A stretch of DNA of 64,000 bases from Lama guanicoe (Eukaryota), in contig MU053379.1 of NCBI GenBank assembly GCA_013239625.1, forward strand, positions 1,358,974-1,422,973, in the 5' to 3' direction. Under the pieces are notes generated by a model. It saw only the letters and a program-made list of their open reading frames with translations, was not told the origin of the DNA and did not search any database. The stretch's first letter is position 1. Each line of letters begins with the position of its first letter. A program made the position numbers and the translations under genes. This document shows positions 47,786-62,143 of the stretch, in pieces.

Positions 47786-50700
47786 TATGTCTCCTTATTT
47801 GCCAGGTTTCCGTCGGTCAGGTCGCTCCTTTCTTCTTTGTGGTGGTGGGTGTCATGTGTGGAGATGCTGTGAGACTGTGCAAGTATCCTGATAGTCGGCA
47901 CCCTCCACCCACTGACGTTAGCCTCACCTGCGGTCTTTGCCAGAGTAATTATCTGAGTACTTGCCTACTCAGCCCATCTCTCTAAAGGTATGCTGGACTG
48001 CCTGGGAGGCAGGGGATGTCGTCGGGGTGCCTCAGTTACCTGACTGTGGAAGAAGGAGGTCACTGTGCCGTCTTTTTAAAGTTAAAAGAAGTGAGCTTCT
48101 CTTGCTTAGCCAAGGCAGCATTTCATTTTTAGGTAGGAAGGAGAGTTAATTTTTTGCCAATGTCTTTTTTTCTTAGTGTTAACCCGGTGAATGCGTTTCC
48201 TGGTCGTGAGCTGTGCTGATTCAGCCTCACTGGTCACTGCATAGTCTTCTTCCAGCACATGCCTGCGAAACGTCTTCCGGGCGTTGCTGTACAGTTTGCG
48301 TCTCTGCATTCAAAGGCGAAAGTGGCCTGTGCTCGTTTTGGTATATTCATGTCCAGTTTTTTTATGAGGCTAATATAGCCTCGCAGAATAAATTGGAAGG
48401 CTTTTAATTGTCTTCTGTTGGTCTGGACCAATTTAATGAACAGGAATTATCTCTTTTAATAGAACTTGTCAGTGCAGCCCTTTGGGCAGCCTTCCTCTGT
48501 CCCCACCCTGGTCAGGATCCCAGCACCTGGAACCCTGCGGACAGTTCATTTCCTGTGTCTCCTTTCCAGCTGGAGTTTCAAATGTTTTGGAAGAAAGTGT
48601 ACATATGTTTTCTTTTGATGATTTAGAATGACCTTTGTATCTAGAGTCATAACCCTTTTCTCATTGTGATTTATTAGATATATTTTCCCCTTTTGTTCTC
48701 TGATTTTTTTAATGTTTTTTTCCAGAAAATTGGCTCTTAAATTAATTCATAGACTCTAGTTATATTTTTTGTTTGATATTTCAGTATTTTCCTTTAATCT
48801 TCACTTTTAAAATTCTGTACACCTTTTTTGGTGTGTGGTTCATTTGGTTTCTTTTCCTAGTTCCTTATTTTGTTCACCTTTACTCTCATTTTCTAATAGA
48901 TGCATTTAAGGTCCAAAACTTGAGGGCTTTGCTTGACTCCTCTTCCCCCTACTCTGGTCTGTCAGCAAATCCTGTCAGCCTTACCTTTGACAGACACACA
49001 GAATCCAGACACACAGGATCCAGCCGCTACACGGCATCCCCGGCCAGGCTGTCATCACCTCTCACCTGAGTGATCACGACAGCCTCTTCGTGGGTCTCCT
49101 GCCTCCACGGCAGCCGAGTGGGCCACGCCCCCCCAGTAATGTTGATCTGAAGGTAATAATGTGCTTTCAAGTCTGGAAGACTTTCAGGGTCACTCTGTCT
49201 TCCCAGCAATAGTTGTAAGAGCAATATGTATATACGTATACATGTGTGGTGCATGCCACCTTGAGGACTGGGGCTCTGGCCCTGGGGGGCACGGGAGCTG
49301 GTGGCGGGGGGCCCTGAGCAGAGGCTCCCTCTGGCTGTGGGGGCTCCCCACTCAGGGGAGGGTCAGAGTCTGCAGGCTCAGCGATTTGGATCCACCCTTA
49401 AACTCTAAGGCTGCTTCTGCTGTGTGTCTTTTGTCCCTAGAGGCTCTGAGCTGGGTCAGAACCTTGCTGTGAAGCGCCTCCAGGACCACTCTGCTCCCAG
49501 GGTGAGGTCTTCTCCCCTAGTCTGTGTCCTAAGCTGTGTCCAGCCAGGCCCAGCACAGCACACCAGAAGTTCTGCAGTGAGGTTAAGTGACGATATTAAT
49601 ATATTCTGATAATAAAACACGTGAGAAACTCATAGTAAAATGTGAACAACACGGAGATGCACTGAATTTAACTGTTAGCCTTCTCCCATGGTCACAGAAA
49701 AGCTACAGGTTTAAGTTCTGTGCCATATTCAAGTTCAAAGACTTTCAAGTCCTAAGGAATGAAAGTCTGAAATCAGACCCCATGGCCTGAAGCCGCCCTC
49801 TGTGGTTTCTCATTCGGCAGCTCCCGGGGAGGAAGTCCGGGTTCTTTCGGCAGCCATGTCCTGGCGCACGGAGGTCCGCGTGGGCCCTTCGGGCCTCCAG
49901 CACCCACTGCTCTCTTGTGCCTCATTGAGGAGACCGGGCAGCCTTCGACGCAGCTACCCCGGCAGCAGGAGCCCAGGGAGTATGAGCGAGGCTGATGCTA
50001 GGGACAGCCTTGCCTGGAGCCTCCCTGTTATACACGAAGGGTGACACCAACTGCCTCGAAGCCACCACTTCAGGCATCAGCTCAGACGGGCATTTAACCT
50101 CCCAGCGAGAGGTTGATTTTGGTCCTCGACATTTACCATCCGTTTCCCTGGAAGCTGCCCCCTAGTCTTAGGTCTTTGATACGGAATTGGGGTGGCCACT
50201 TTGGTGGCGGGTGCCCTCACTCTCCTGTGAGGATGCACTTTCCACCCTCGGCCGCAGGGCCTGTCCCCCAGTGTCTCTGACTGCAGAGTCCAAGGCCCAG
50301 GGTGGCTGCTGCCTGGAGGAGGTGTCTCCCTCTGAGGACTGAACTGTTGCAGAGCCAAGCAGAGGCCAGCAGTCAGAGGGGACTTGGGCCTGGGGAGAAG
50401 CCGCCAGCTTCCGAGGATTGCTGTTCTCACGGTCCTGAATATGGGATGGTTCTGACCTGCCTGCCTGGGCCTGGCCCTCACTTTCTGAGAAACTTGGCTG
50501 CCGGGGCTGTAAGGGCCTGGAACATACCCTGTTTCTGACAACCGAGTATTTCACCAGCCAGGTTACTTAGGAAATGCTGTTCCTGTAGCCCGGTCTCTGC
50601 TGAAGCTCCCAGAGCCCTTACCTCTGCTTGCCTGGCCCCCTTGAGCTGGGTCGGCCGCTGTGTTGGCATCCTTGCCCCAGTGGTGGTGGCCATATGGGCT

Positions 50701-53700
50701 GAGCCCTCTGGGGAGCTGGGGGCCAGGGAGTGTTCTGACTCTGTAGCAGGGACAGAGCTGTCATAGCACTGTGCCTGCCGGGGCCACACTCCTGCGGGGA
50801 CCAGGCTCCTCCAGCCGACTGGTCTAAGCCACATGTTTATTTTGAGCCCCCCAGTTCCACATGTTTGCTTGATTTCTTGGTTCCCAGCCCGTAACTCCTT
50901 GTTGGGGTCTCCATCAGTCACACCCTCTTCCCTGCCTGCCCAGGCTCAGAACAGGTTGCAAGTAGAACCAAGATGAATCCTGGGTGGGGAGGATGTGCTG
51001 TGATGGTGGAGGGAGCTTGGATGGGCTGGCCTGAGGCTCTGTGGCGTGTGCTGGGGTCCGGGACCCGTTTGCAGTGGGAGGCTGAGCGCCAGCTGGGCCA
51101 CAGCTGCACGGGGCCGACGCCGGAGAGCAGAGAATACGAGCTTTCTGCTCTCCCCATTTTTCTTCCATAGCACGCTGCTTCGGTTTGGTTTCCTGCCCCC
51201 ACCCACCGCAATTTACCACCCTCCCAATTTGCCCGTATGCTGTCCCTCCCCTTGCCCATCTACCACTGTGGTAGGAGTGACCGTGGTAATGTGACTCAGG
51301 TTTCCTGGGCGCTGGCTGGCAGGCTCCGGGCTGGTGCCCTGCCTGGACTAAGGCACGTGCTCCCTCCTCGTGGTGACCATGCTGCTGTTGTCCTAGGGCA
51401 GCCAGTGGCAGAGATGCGGGGCACGGTTCCTCAGTGGGTGGTACCAGGCAGTCAGGCGTTGTTCAAAGGGGCGTGGACCTCAGCCTTTGCAGGTAAATGG
51501 GACGCTCTGGTTTGGGGCTGGTAGGGGCCTCGGACCCTGTAAGCTTGGCCCCAGTGGGGAGTCTTCCTGCTGGAAACATGTGGAACTTATATTTAAAAAC
51601 AACTTGATTATATCACCATTGGAGCCCAGATGTAGTTTTGTAGATATGTTTCTGTCTTTTAAGATTATTTTTAAAAATGTTTTTATTTTCCCTGGCCAGT
51701 ATCATTTTTCTGGGGGCTTTTACTCTCTGATCTGGGCTGGAAAAAATGTTACCATTTTAAGACCTCTTAAAACATGTCTTTGGATTTATTGTCTGTACAA
51801 ATGGAAATGCAGATAATAGCTCTGTTCCTAACTGAAGAAAAACAGGAAAAGAAGATAAATTTCTTGCTACTTGGAAAGATAAACAGTGAAGCATATGCCG
51901 TGTGTCCTGGCAACAGAAATTCAAGGTCGGAAATAATTCCTTTCCTCCCAAGTCAGCCTGTGGCTTCCCTGAGGAGTGCAGTGGGTTGAAATTTGCTACT
52001 AATTGTAGCCATAATTTTAGCCTGTAATTAAACACACGATTTCCTTCTCAGCTGATGTCTTTTTAGCTATTCTGACATGGATAAAACCAAAGCTCTGAAG
52101 CTTTGAACGGCCACTTTAACTTGATAGGAAGTCACTGTCATCTGAGCACACTGGCCGCCCGGTGGGAACTGGATTAACCTGGCCTGGAAAAATGGTGAGC
52201 AGCTTGGGTTCACAGACAGTTTCCGGTGCTGCTGTCTGTGCTTGAGAGCAGCCAGCGGTTGGTGTGCCCATTTTGCTAAGACCTCCGTGAGGTTAAGGGT
52301 CATTGGAGCAGGTGGGGAGGAGTCGAGGCTCGGGGAGGTCCCCTCACTGCGGTGGGTCTGCTGTCCAGGACTGGGGCTGAGCTGCCTTCGGGGAGGGAGC
52401 TGGAGGGGGCCCTGATCCAGGCCCACCCTGGGAAGCATTTCTCTTCCTCAGCGTGTCTCCCCAAGGTAGTCCACAACAGAGAGGATGTTCCATGTGAAAC
52501 GAGGGCCCCCTGCCCTCGGGTTGGGGACCACCAGAGGGAAGAGCGAAGTAGGTTTCTCTCCTCAAGGGTCTTGCGAGCCTGGTCCCCTGGGACGGTGAGG
52601 CAGGCTTGGGGTTCCCTGCCTGAGTCTGTGATGTGGCATCTTTGTTCAGGGAGCACCTGGCGGCCCGTGGTTGGGAAGCGTTGCTCTGGTTGTGTCCTGC
52701 CTCTCGAACGTGCCTTTTTATGAAGGTGCGAGCAGACGCTGATTTTGCACACTCGTGTGCTGCCGCTGTCCACAGATGTGCTCGGTCTCCTTGAATTCTC
52801 ACCACAACGTGGGTCCACTCGCAGGTATCCCTGTGGGGCAGGTGAGGAGCTGAGCCGTGGGGAGGTTAAAAAACCCACCCAGGTCTTGGAGCTGACTGGA
52901 GGCTGGGCCTGAGTCCTGGACCAGTGTAGCCCCATCCCGGGGCCTTTCTGATTCCCTCCCCCTCCCCTAAGCGGGGAACTCTGACCCGTCTCTGGCCTCC
53001 AGGGTGGGAATTCCTCATGGTCTTACTCTGCTGTTTGTCAGTCACCACCGGGTGCCCACCTGTCCCCCACTGGGCCCTGGGGTTCGTGTCTGCACGTCTG
53101 AGCGGGGTCTTCCGTCTCCAGCGTCGCGCCTGGCCCTTAGCTGCTGAGTGAAAAGCAGCGAGTGATTTTTAGGCGGGGAGTGGGTCTCACGCTCCCTCTG
53201 CGCCTGAATGTGGGAGGGAGCAGAAGAGTTCCTGAAGGTTCTCCGATTCTCAGGGCTCGGGCTGTCTTTACTCCGCGGACCCAGCGCCTTTCTTCCTTCT
53301 GGGTCCATCAGGCGTGGTGTGCGGTCGCCCTCCGCGCCGCTCACTCGAGCAGGTGTCGGCTCGTGTCATCAGCAGCGTTTAGTCCCAGTGGCGCAGAGGT
53401 GCTCGGATGGGCAGACTTGGCCTTCTGGTGGTTCTGCAGCGTCAGCTCTTGAAGGCAGGGCTTTCTTTGTAAGTGTCAGCGTTTGGGGGTTGATCAGACA
53501 GCTGGAGTGGGTTTGGGTGTTAGAAGGTTTGGACTAGGACATAGACAGGCACTCTACTAGGGCAGCCCGTGGCCACCTTGACACCATGCCCTGGGGGACA
53601 GGATGGTTCTGCTGCCTCACTGGGGAGAGGGCCGTGGGGCAGGGGCAGCTGAGCGGCCCCTGCTCTGGGCAGTCCTGTCCTGTGAGGAGCCGGGTGGGTG

Positions 53701-54595
53701 GCACTTGCCTTTTGACCTCACGGTGAGGGCCCTCTCTCCGCACTGACACTGAGGGGCCTGCGGGCCACCCCCGGGCAGTGTATGAGGTTCTCCTTGGGGG
53801 ACGTCTAAGCTCCCCTGCCTTTTATAGTTAGTATGTTTAAGAGTCTTAATTACGAAGCATGCAGATAGCAGACATCGGTGCGCTCGCCAGCCCGGTGGTC
53901 ACATTTGCTTCCTGTCTGTCCGATCCCCCACCGCGCTTTCTCTTCACGTGAATGAACGTTGCTTCCAGCTTGTGTCTGGCTTTCATCTTTCCTGCCCATG
54001 CTTTTCCATATGTATGTATTTCCCTATAAATGATACGGTTTGTTTTGAGTATCTGAAACTGTCATATAAATGAAGTCATAATGATGTGTCCTCACTGCAG
54101 GTAACTTCTTAAGTATCACATTATGTGTTTGAGATCTGCCGTGTATTCTGCTGAGGAATGAAGGCAGAGTTTATGCAGCATTCCCCCTCTGAGGGACAGT
54201 CACTTGGGGTCCACTTTTCCTTTTATAAACACTGCCAGACTGAACACCCTTGAGTGTTTCTTTCGTGCAAGAGTTTCCAGGGTAGACCTCCCCAAGTGTG
54301 ATCCTAGGATTGCAGGGTTTGTCCGACTCACACTGTACTGAATACAGCACCAAAATGCCCTCCACAGTGGCTCCGCCAGTTTACCGTCTTGCTGGTTTGT
54401 GTCCTGTGAACCCACTACATTTCCCCCGACCTTCGGTTTACACGTCTCTTCATTCTGCCCGGCCTGTGGGGCATGCAGAGGCCCCCTGCTGTTTGATTTT
54501 GCATTTCCCTTCCCCCGGGCTTCTGACCACACTGATCCAGATGCGCTTTAATCTGAGGTCTCCAGCTCTCGTAACCGTGGGAATTGCTCTTACAG

Positions 54596-54702
54596 ATGGC
54601 AAGTTCGGTGCCTACATGCAAGTCCACATTCAGAACGATGGGCCTGTGACCATAGAGCTGGAATCCCCGGCCCCCGGTGCTGCGACCTCCGACCCAAAGC
54701 AG
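54596..54702 (+). CDS. DTD1: DTD1 coding exon 4 (DGKFGAYMQVHIQNDGPVTIELESPAPGAATSDPKQ)
   Basis: NDGPVT Gly-cisPro chiral-proofreading motif; acceptor CTCTTACAG, donor CAG|GTAAGC; 107 nt, phase fits exon 3. Confidence 0.97.
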
Positions 54703-55614
54703 GTAAGCCTGGAAGTCAGGTGTCGGCTCTGTCACCTGGGAGCTGGTAACATCTTTAGGCTTCAGTTTAGTCCCTGGAGCAGTTCTCAGTTTGAGGTGGA
54801 GAAAATGCTTCATTGCAGTAACCTCAAATTTATTTTAATACATCCCCCCTCAAGAACGCTGCTGCTTCCCCTGTATTTCCTTAGTGCTGTGACAGGCAGC
54901 GACTGTACTCCTTCCTTGCCTCCTCCTGACTCTGGGTGCAGACACAGTGTCCCCAGTTCTTGGTCCGGGCTGTTCCCGGGGAGGCGCCTTGGCGCCCACA
55001 CGCCGCTGGGGGGCAGCAGAGGAGCGGCACAGCTCCCCTCGGCCCTGGACCCGGCTTCGTGGAGTGGGTTTTATCCAGGTGTGGGTAGATATGCCTCCCG
55101 AGGTTCTTTGTAAATCCTCATTTTTCTAAGGCAGTGTCTGACCTGGATTTGCTGCCAACTCTGTAGCTTTCAGGAAAAAATTTAATTAAAATTGGGAAAG
55201 AAGTCTGTGCTAGTCCTTGTAAGCTGTGTGGTTCTCCATAGATGCTTAGCACTTCTGAAGGCTTTAATTAATGCACCCACTTAATGGCCTTGGAGAGGCA
55301 GGCGGGCAGGTGGAGGGGGGCACTGAGGGGCCAGTCTGGGCTTCCTCCCCACCCTTTCCCTCCCTTTCTGGGACTCCGTGAAGTGGAATGAGTGCAGGGA
55401 GCCTTGTGTAAACTTAAAGCTCTGACCTGTTCACAGCCGTCATTTCTAAGGGGAACATAACCTTCCTTTTTTGTTGCTGAGTCTTTGGATTGACGGAGAA
55501 GCAGAAACATATCTGACGCAGCCGTGCTGGACTTCAAAGGTGATAATTGAGGTTCCTGGAATTACTGATAACATTAAAGAAAATCACAAAGGAAAAATCC
55601 ACATGAGAAGTTAA

Positions 55615-56010
55615 ACTTTATTTTGATGTAATTTGAGACTTTACAGACAAGTTGAAAAGACTCAGGGTTTCCATGCACTCTCTCCCCAGCACCCCTGATG
55701 CGTTGTCTTACATAACCGCCGTCCGCTCCTCAGAACGTCGGCATTGATACTGATGTGGTACTGTTGGCTCCGCTACAAACCTCCTTTTAATTTCACTGGT
55801 TTTTTTCTAATGTCCTTTTTCTGTTTCAGGATGATCTGGGATCCCACATTGTATTTAGTGGTCATTCTCCTTCGTCTTCTCCAGGCTGTGACAGGTCCTC
55901 GGCCTTTCCTTGTCCTCCGTGACCTTGTCACTTTCCAAGAGTACCAGTCTGCTGTTTTGTTGAATGTCCCTCAGTCCGGTTTTCTGTGGTGACGCTGAGG
56001 TTGTGCATTT
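55615..56010 (-). mobile_element. L1MC-like 3' end, antisense
   Basis: TTTATTTTGATGTAATTTGAGACTTTACAGACAAGTTG...CTAATGTCCTTTTTCTGTTTCAGGAT. Confidence 0.6.
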
Positions 56011-59000
56011 GACAGACTCATCCCTGAAAACCACCGTCTTCAGCTTGGTTTCACTGTCCCCTGTCCTCTCCTGGGACGCTGCCCGCCCCCCTAGGTTTTG
56101 GTATTATTCCACTTTAACTCTATTTGGAGAAAAAATTTTAGTCGAGTTTTTTTCATTCTAAATATTTTTCTATAAGTCACAGAATAATGCATTAAATCTT
56201 TAGGGTCTTCAACCGCTTTGCAGGAAAGAAGTACCCCTTCTTTTCCTCTTTATCATAAAAAGAACTTTTTAACCTCTAACAAGCCAGGCTACCTTGTTAG
56301 GATAAAGAAGTCTTTTATTGTTAATTTTGAATTTTTTAGGCCCTTTCTCTCCAGATGCATGAATGGTCCAGTGTCAGATTCAGTCATTTGTTCTAGTTAA
56401 CAGACTCCAGCAGTCTCGGACCCTAGAAACTGCCCAGACCCCCATCTCCAGCTCCAGTAGACCACAAAGAGTAGGCACGGAGGGGCCCTGCTGGTGGCAC
56501 TGGCTCTGCCCGTGGCCTGTCTCTGCTGTTCCTTCTCAGTCGGAACAGGCTTCCTCTTTGGACATGTAGCTAATTAGTTTGCTTCTGTGTTGTGTTTTAA
56601 AATGCAGGGTCTTTAAACCATCTGAGCAAATGAACGTGTTTGTGTGTTTATGCATCAAGTGTGTTTTTAGTGTGTGACAGTGTGCTGGGCCCTGCGGGGA
56701 TGGGGAGGGAGTGCCGTGACCCCAGCCCTGCTCCCAGGGGCAGATTCTGGGAGCGTAAACCTGGAAGGTTAGTAACAGTCTCAGAGGTAAGGAACAGTGT
56801 TGACAGTTCAGGACACCATACAAGGCCACCATCTCATTCTCCTCCTTTAAATGCCTTCAGTGCCTTCCAGATGCTTCTGGATTCCAGCAGGAGTTCCCTC
56901 CAGTCATCTGCCACGCTGTGTGCCCGGGCTGCTGTGGCTCCGGCCCACCTACTGGGCACCAGCTCTTCCTCTGTCCCCACGCTTCACCTCCTCCTGCCTC
57001 TGGGCACTGGACTCTGTCTCCTCTGCAGAGGGTGTCCTCTGACCCTGCAGTCCCAAGTGAGCCCTCACTGGCCACTCTGTTGTTCCAGTGATGTATTTCA
57101 CAGCACTGAGCTCCGTCTGTTACTGTCTGCTTGGTTCCTGATTTCCCGTGTGTCCACCACACTCTGCAAACCCCAGCTCTCCGGGTCATGTTCAGGGCCC
57201 AGGGGTGAGCCTGGGGCGCAGTTTGTTTTGGAATCATGTGTCCTGAGACTGGGAGCTGCGTGTCTGTGAGTGTCCTGGGTTCCAAGGAGGCTGATGCCAC
57301 AGCGGGCCGGCCTGGCCTCCCTGGGGCTGGTGGTTTTAGCTGACCTCTGAGGATGCAAGGGGGCTGCTCAGGAGGCATTCTCAGTGGTTCTTTCCAGCAG
57401 GGCTAGATTCTTGTTTTTCAGAGCCCAGTGCTCTGCTCACGGGTGATGCAGCTGTGCTGGTGGAGACTGGGCTGGTAAGGGCGGCTAGTTGTTGGCCTGC
57501 CTTCACGGGGCTCTGCTTGTGTCGGAAGCGGCAGCCCCTGCCCGTTTCCCTCGCCGCATTGGCACCCAGTGCAGGGTGGGGCTGTGGTGCGGTTCCCATG
57601 ATGTTCCTGGCGGAGACAAGAAGGTGGGAGCAGAGCCTTAGTTCTCGCCCTGAGGAGCATCCTTCCTGGGGGAACGGGGTGTGGAAGCAGCTGCAGAAGC
57701 ACCAGCAGAAGTTTCCCCGTTGCATTTTTGTGGAAGGACACAGTTCTGTGAGGAACATCCGAGTATGACCTAGAGGAGGCGGCTGGTGCGTGGGAGGTTT
57801 CAGCCCCCGGGCCAGCCGTTCCTGACGTAGAAACCGACTGTCACTCTTGTTTCATCCCAGATGCTTCCCCTCCGTGCGGGTGTCTCCCTGAGTCTCTCGG
57901 GGCCTGGGTCTGCACGTGGGTGAGAGCAGACGGGGCTTTGCTGGTGAGGAGGGGCGTTCCCTACCTGGGGGCTCTTTCCCGGGACCCAGGGCCCGCCCAG
58001 TTCGTGGTGTGGCCATTAATTATTTATAGTTTCATGTGTTTTAGCGCGGTTGTGAACCTCACTTAGTGGAAATGCTGGAAGGAGCTGAAAGAAAGGAACC
58101 TTCAAACGCACATCTTTGAATTGGTGCACTTGCTTATGGACAAATCATAGGATGAGCTCACCAGTGAAACACGGTGCCCGAGCTTTTAATTTTCTGCTTC
58201 TCTGAATATCACCCTCACCTCACCTAGAGCTGTCTCCGTCCCCTCAGCCTGGAAACCGTGTGAGGTCTGCGTTGAGACACTGGTGGCTTCTTTAGGGTCA
58301 GAGGGAACCATGTTGGCTGGAGAGGGGGTGGGGACAGAGCGCCATCCAGCCTCACTACTGGGACTCCCAGGGACAGGGTGCCTCTTCAGTAGCACATGGC
58401 GCGGGTGGCAGAAGGTGAAGCGGAGGGCAGGCCAGGCCCCAGGCGGCAGCCCCGTTGCGGGCGCGGGAAGAGGGGTCTCAGTTCCGCACGGCTGTCGGAG
58501 GGGCTGTCTCCGAGGAGCGTTCTGAGCAGAAGGAAGAGCTCTGTTGATGCCCACAGGTTTGCATTTCTTCGCAGAAGGACGTTTATTGAAATGTATGTAT
58601 TCCCTTTTTCTTCCTTTTCCAGGCTTGAGCGCCAGATGCGAACTCCCCAGTCTGTTGGTTTCAGCTCGAGGTTTTGCGGGGCCTGAGCCTGAGCCGGGCT
58701 CCAGCTGACCCGCCGCAGAGGCTGCCTCCAGGGCACCAGGTCCTGCCCTTCATCCAGTCATGGGGTCATTTTGTCACGTGATTTATAGGACAGATGTTGA
58801 CTGAGGGGCCAGCTTTGTTTATACGGAAGTGTGATTCAGACAAAAGGGGGAGCTTAGCAAGAGCGTCCTTGTCACAGAGTTTTTGTTTCTCTTCCTGTTA
58901 ATCCTTGTCACTAGCTCTCCATGGGTACCTGCCAGACCCCTGGGGCTGCGGAATCACCCCAGTTTTCCCGTCCTTTCAGGGTCAACATCCCCTTTCCTGC

Positions 59001-62000
59001 GTTAGGACACAGATGGCTCCCTGGGGAGGGCTCGGGTGAAGGCTGTGGGCTCCTCTGCTCACAGCGTCCAGGCCTCTGCCGGTGGCCGGCGGCCCGGGGC
59101 ACCCTGCCCGGGGCCTGTGTGACAGCTGGTCGGAGAGGTCAGGAACCGCGCAGGAAGTTTCCATGCAGGCTGGCTCTGAGTTGGGGAGCTGCGAGGGCTG
59201 ACCTTTGCTTTACCATTTTAATTTGTTTCCATATAGATGCTTGCCCTAAATGGGTACACTGTAGGGTTCACAAAAAGCCCTTCCAAGAGATACGTGACTC
59301 TGCCTGAGACTCACTGATTAACTGATCAGTTGGTTGATCTTCGTCTTACTGTCTCAAATCCATAACATGTCACCGAAATTGCAAAAGTTGAAAAGGGTTT
59401 GTTTTCTGCTGTTGGAATATGGCTGGTAAGTTAAAAACTGTGATTGTCTCCTCTTCTACCTTGGTGCAGAAAACATTTCTTAATCTCCAGCTGGAGCAAA
59501 ACATCTGTTTTGCTTTAAACGGCTCTCTCAGGGCACTAACAGTGCCCTTACGGTTTAAGGGCTTTGTTTCTGTGGTCTTCCTGTGTATGTGTTTTGGGCA
59601 GATTCTTAGTTATTTTAATCTTCTAATCTCGTTTGTGGATGTGTTAAAAAAAGAAACTCCTTACGTTACTGACATGACCTGCCAGAGTTGAACTAACATC
59701 TTTTTTGTTCCGAGGGGAGGGAGGTAAAGTTATCCTGCCAGCGATTTATACACTGGGCACAGCAGTAATGTAATAATTGGAAATTCTTAGATTTTCAGCT
59801 AATTTATTAGGAACTTTACAGTCCCAGGTAATTACAGAAAATGTTCGGCCAGTCAGTGGTGTTTTGTAGAAAGCCTCGTTTGAACATCTGTGTTACCAAT
59901 GGAGAGACAGAATGATCTGGAAGTGATAGAAATAAAAAATGAAGCTCTTCCTATAATTTTTTTAAAAGGACTGCTCAATAGTTCAAACTGTTAACTTCAC
60001 AGAGGTGTTTGGCCAACATTTGTCAGTCTGACTGACAAAGGGTTTATCTCGTTTAATCCAGTTGGTCTTTAAGAGAAGGTGAAGAGAAGGTGTGAGTTGG
60101 GTCACCGGACTTTCAGGGGTTCACAGACCGCCCTGGGCGCGCCCTGCAGGTGTTCGGTGTGTCTGTGCGAGCGCCTTTGCTGGGAGGGCCCGGGGCTTTC
60201 CTCAGTCTCCAAAGGCCCCAGCAGAGTGAAGATGCCAGGGGGCTGGGGGCTGTTGTGTGAAGGGATTACACGCAGGCCCACTGACTCGATGCCTCCAGGG
60301 GTTCGTGTTAAAAGGCAGAGCCTTGGACCACCCCTCCCAGGTTTTCTGAACCAGAGTTCCTGGCGTGTCTGGATGTGGGAGGCAGACGAGTAGCAGATTC
60401 GCTCTTAACCAGGTCCCCCGAGCGCCTCACACTCCCCAGCGTCTCGGAGCTGTGGGGTGGGAGGCGGCCAGACAGTCTGAGGTGGCCGTCTTATCTGCTC
60501 TGGGCGTTGGTCTCTTCTGGACCATCCCCCCCTGCCGCCCCCAAGCCGCTGAAATGCCTGAAAATACATTATAACCTGTGTCACTGCAGCTGCCAGGAGG
60601 CAGGATGGCTGGGCTGGAATATTGAGGTCACACGTGAGGCCGTTGTCATTCATCAGTGCCCCTCGGTCACTCGGCATACTCAGCCGAGATGGAAACATTC
60701 CCAGAGCGTGGAGCCTTCTCGGCACAGCCACACGTGTGTCAGGGAGAAGCCGACTGAGCAGCAGCTGCTCGACACGTTGGTGACGGGTGACGGCCCCTCT
60801 GCTGAGTGACACCGAGGCACGAAGCATGTGCTGCGGAACGACTTGTTTCTCAAGGGAGGTGAGCCCTGCGCTTGTGTGAGACGGCTGTGGTGCAGCCTCC
60901 TGCAGGTTTTAGTTGAAAAGCAACTTACAGTTCTCTTGTTTTTTGGGGTACCAGACATGGACTGCCTTTCTCATTAATTATTGATCGACTTACTGGTCGA
61001 CTGAGTGATTGGCCTAGGATAAAAACCCAGCGTGGTCAACACCGAAGTCTTTGCTTGGAGAATTGCAGTTTAATGAAATGCATGGATGTCGAGGCTTCGT
61101 GGGCAGCGGACTAGTCTTTTATGTTTAACCACACACGAGCCCGGATTGTCGTGCAGGCCAGGGAAGGGGTGGTGGGGGTACAGTGTGGAGCCCCTGCAGC
61201 AGGTGGATGGGAGCTGTGGGTGGAATCCGGACACACTCTGGAGGCTCTCAGCTGTGCTGCTGCTCTGCCTCCCACCAGAGAGTTTTTCTAGAAATGACTC
61301 ATGTTTGAATTTTTTGTACCGTGGTTTGAGCCTTAGGACGCCGTGCCAAGTCTGGCCTCCCAGAGTTCACTGTACGAAGGACCCCGTTCCCGCCTCCAGT
61401 GCGGGATGTGAAGGGGTTCCGAGTTCCTTTGAGTTTCTGTGGTAAGATCAGACATTAGACGTCAAGGGGTGTGACGCTCACCCTGGTCCTGAGTCATTCT
61501 TGGCCACAGACGGGACGTAAAACCAGAACCTCTTTTTGATGGGGTTAAAACAAAAGCAAACTTTAGGGATTCCGTTCCCCTTCTTCAGGTCAGTGTAAGG
61601 ACAGGTGTTTCATGGCTGCCCAGCTTTCCCTCCGTGCAAGAAACTTTAATTATAAGAAGAAATTGTAAAAAGCCCAAGAAGCAACATTTACATTGAATTT
61701 GATTTATGTATACCATTTAGCTTATGTTGTCAGGGCAGTTTCTAAATCTAAGTGTTTGGAGCTTGTCAGAGAAAAGAAAGGATTTATTCCCTGGTGTTCA
61801 CTGATCATGGAAATTGTGGAAGTGATTGTCAGAGGGGTGGAGCGCAGACCCAGGGCTGGATGAGGTGGTGGTGCCCGGAGGCCAGGTTCCCCTCGCTGGT
61901 GGTGGATCAAGAATCTCACAGTGGCCACTTTCCACTGGCCTGGTTCCACCAGCTTCGTTATTTTTGCCAATGTGAACCGCAAAAGAATGGCTCTTCTGTG

Positions 62001-62143
62001 AAGGTTCTTCTTGGAAAGTGCACTCCTTTGACTCCTTTCCATAAAATGTGAAGTCAATTTCTTTTTCTATTTTGAATCATGAAAGTGAAGTCTGGCAGCC
62101 CCACTTCCTGTGGAGCGGAAAGATCTGAGTGTGTGGCCTCGGG

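Noticed and set aside
54298..55113. 271-aa ORF as a novel single-exon or intron-retained DTD1 form
   Set aside because: Only 54596-54702 is DTD1-like and it has canonical splice sites; the ORF starts at GTG in repeat-like intron and the flanking translation is unrecognisable.
40500..61500. Many 100-210 aa ORFs in DTD1 introns 3-4 (e.g. 52300-52935, 56640-57269)
   Set aside because: GC-rich intron, overlapping in several frames on both strands, no recognisable domains; consistent with chance.
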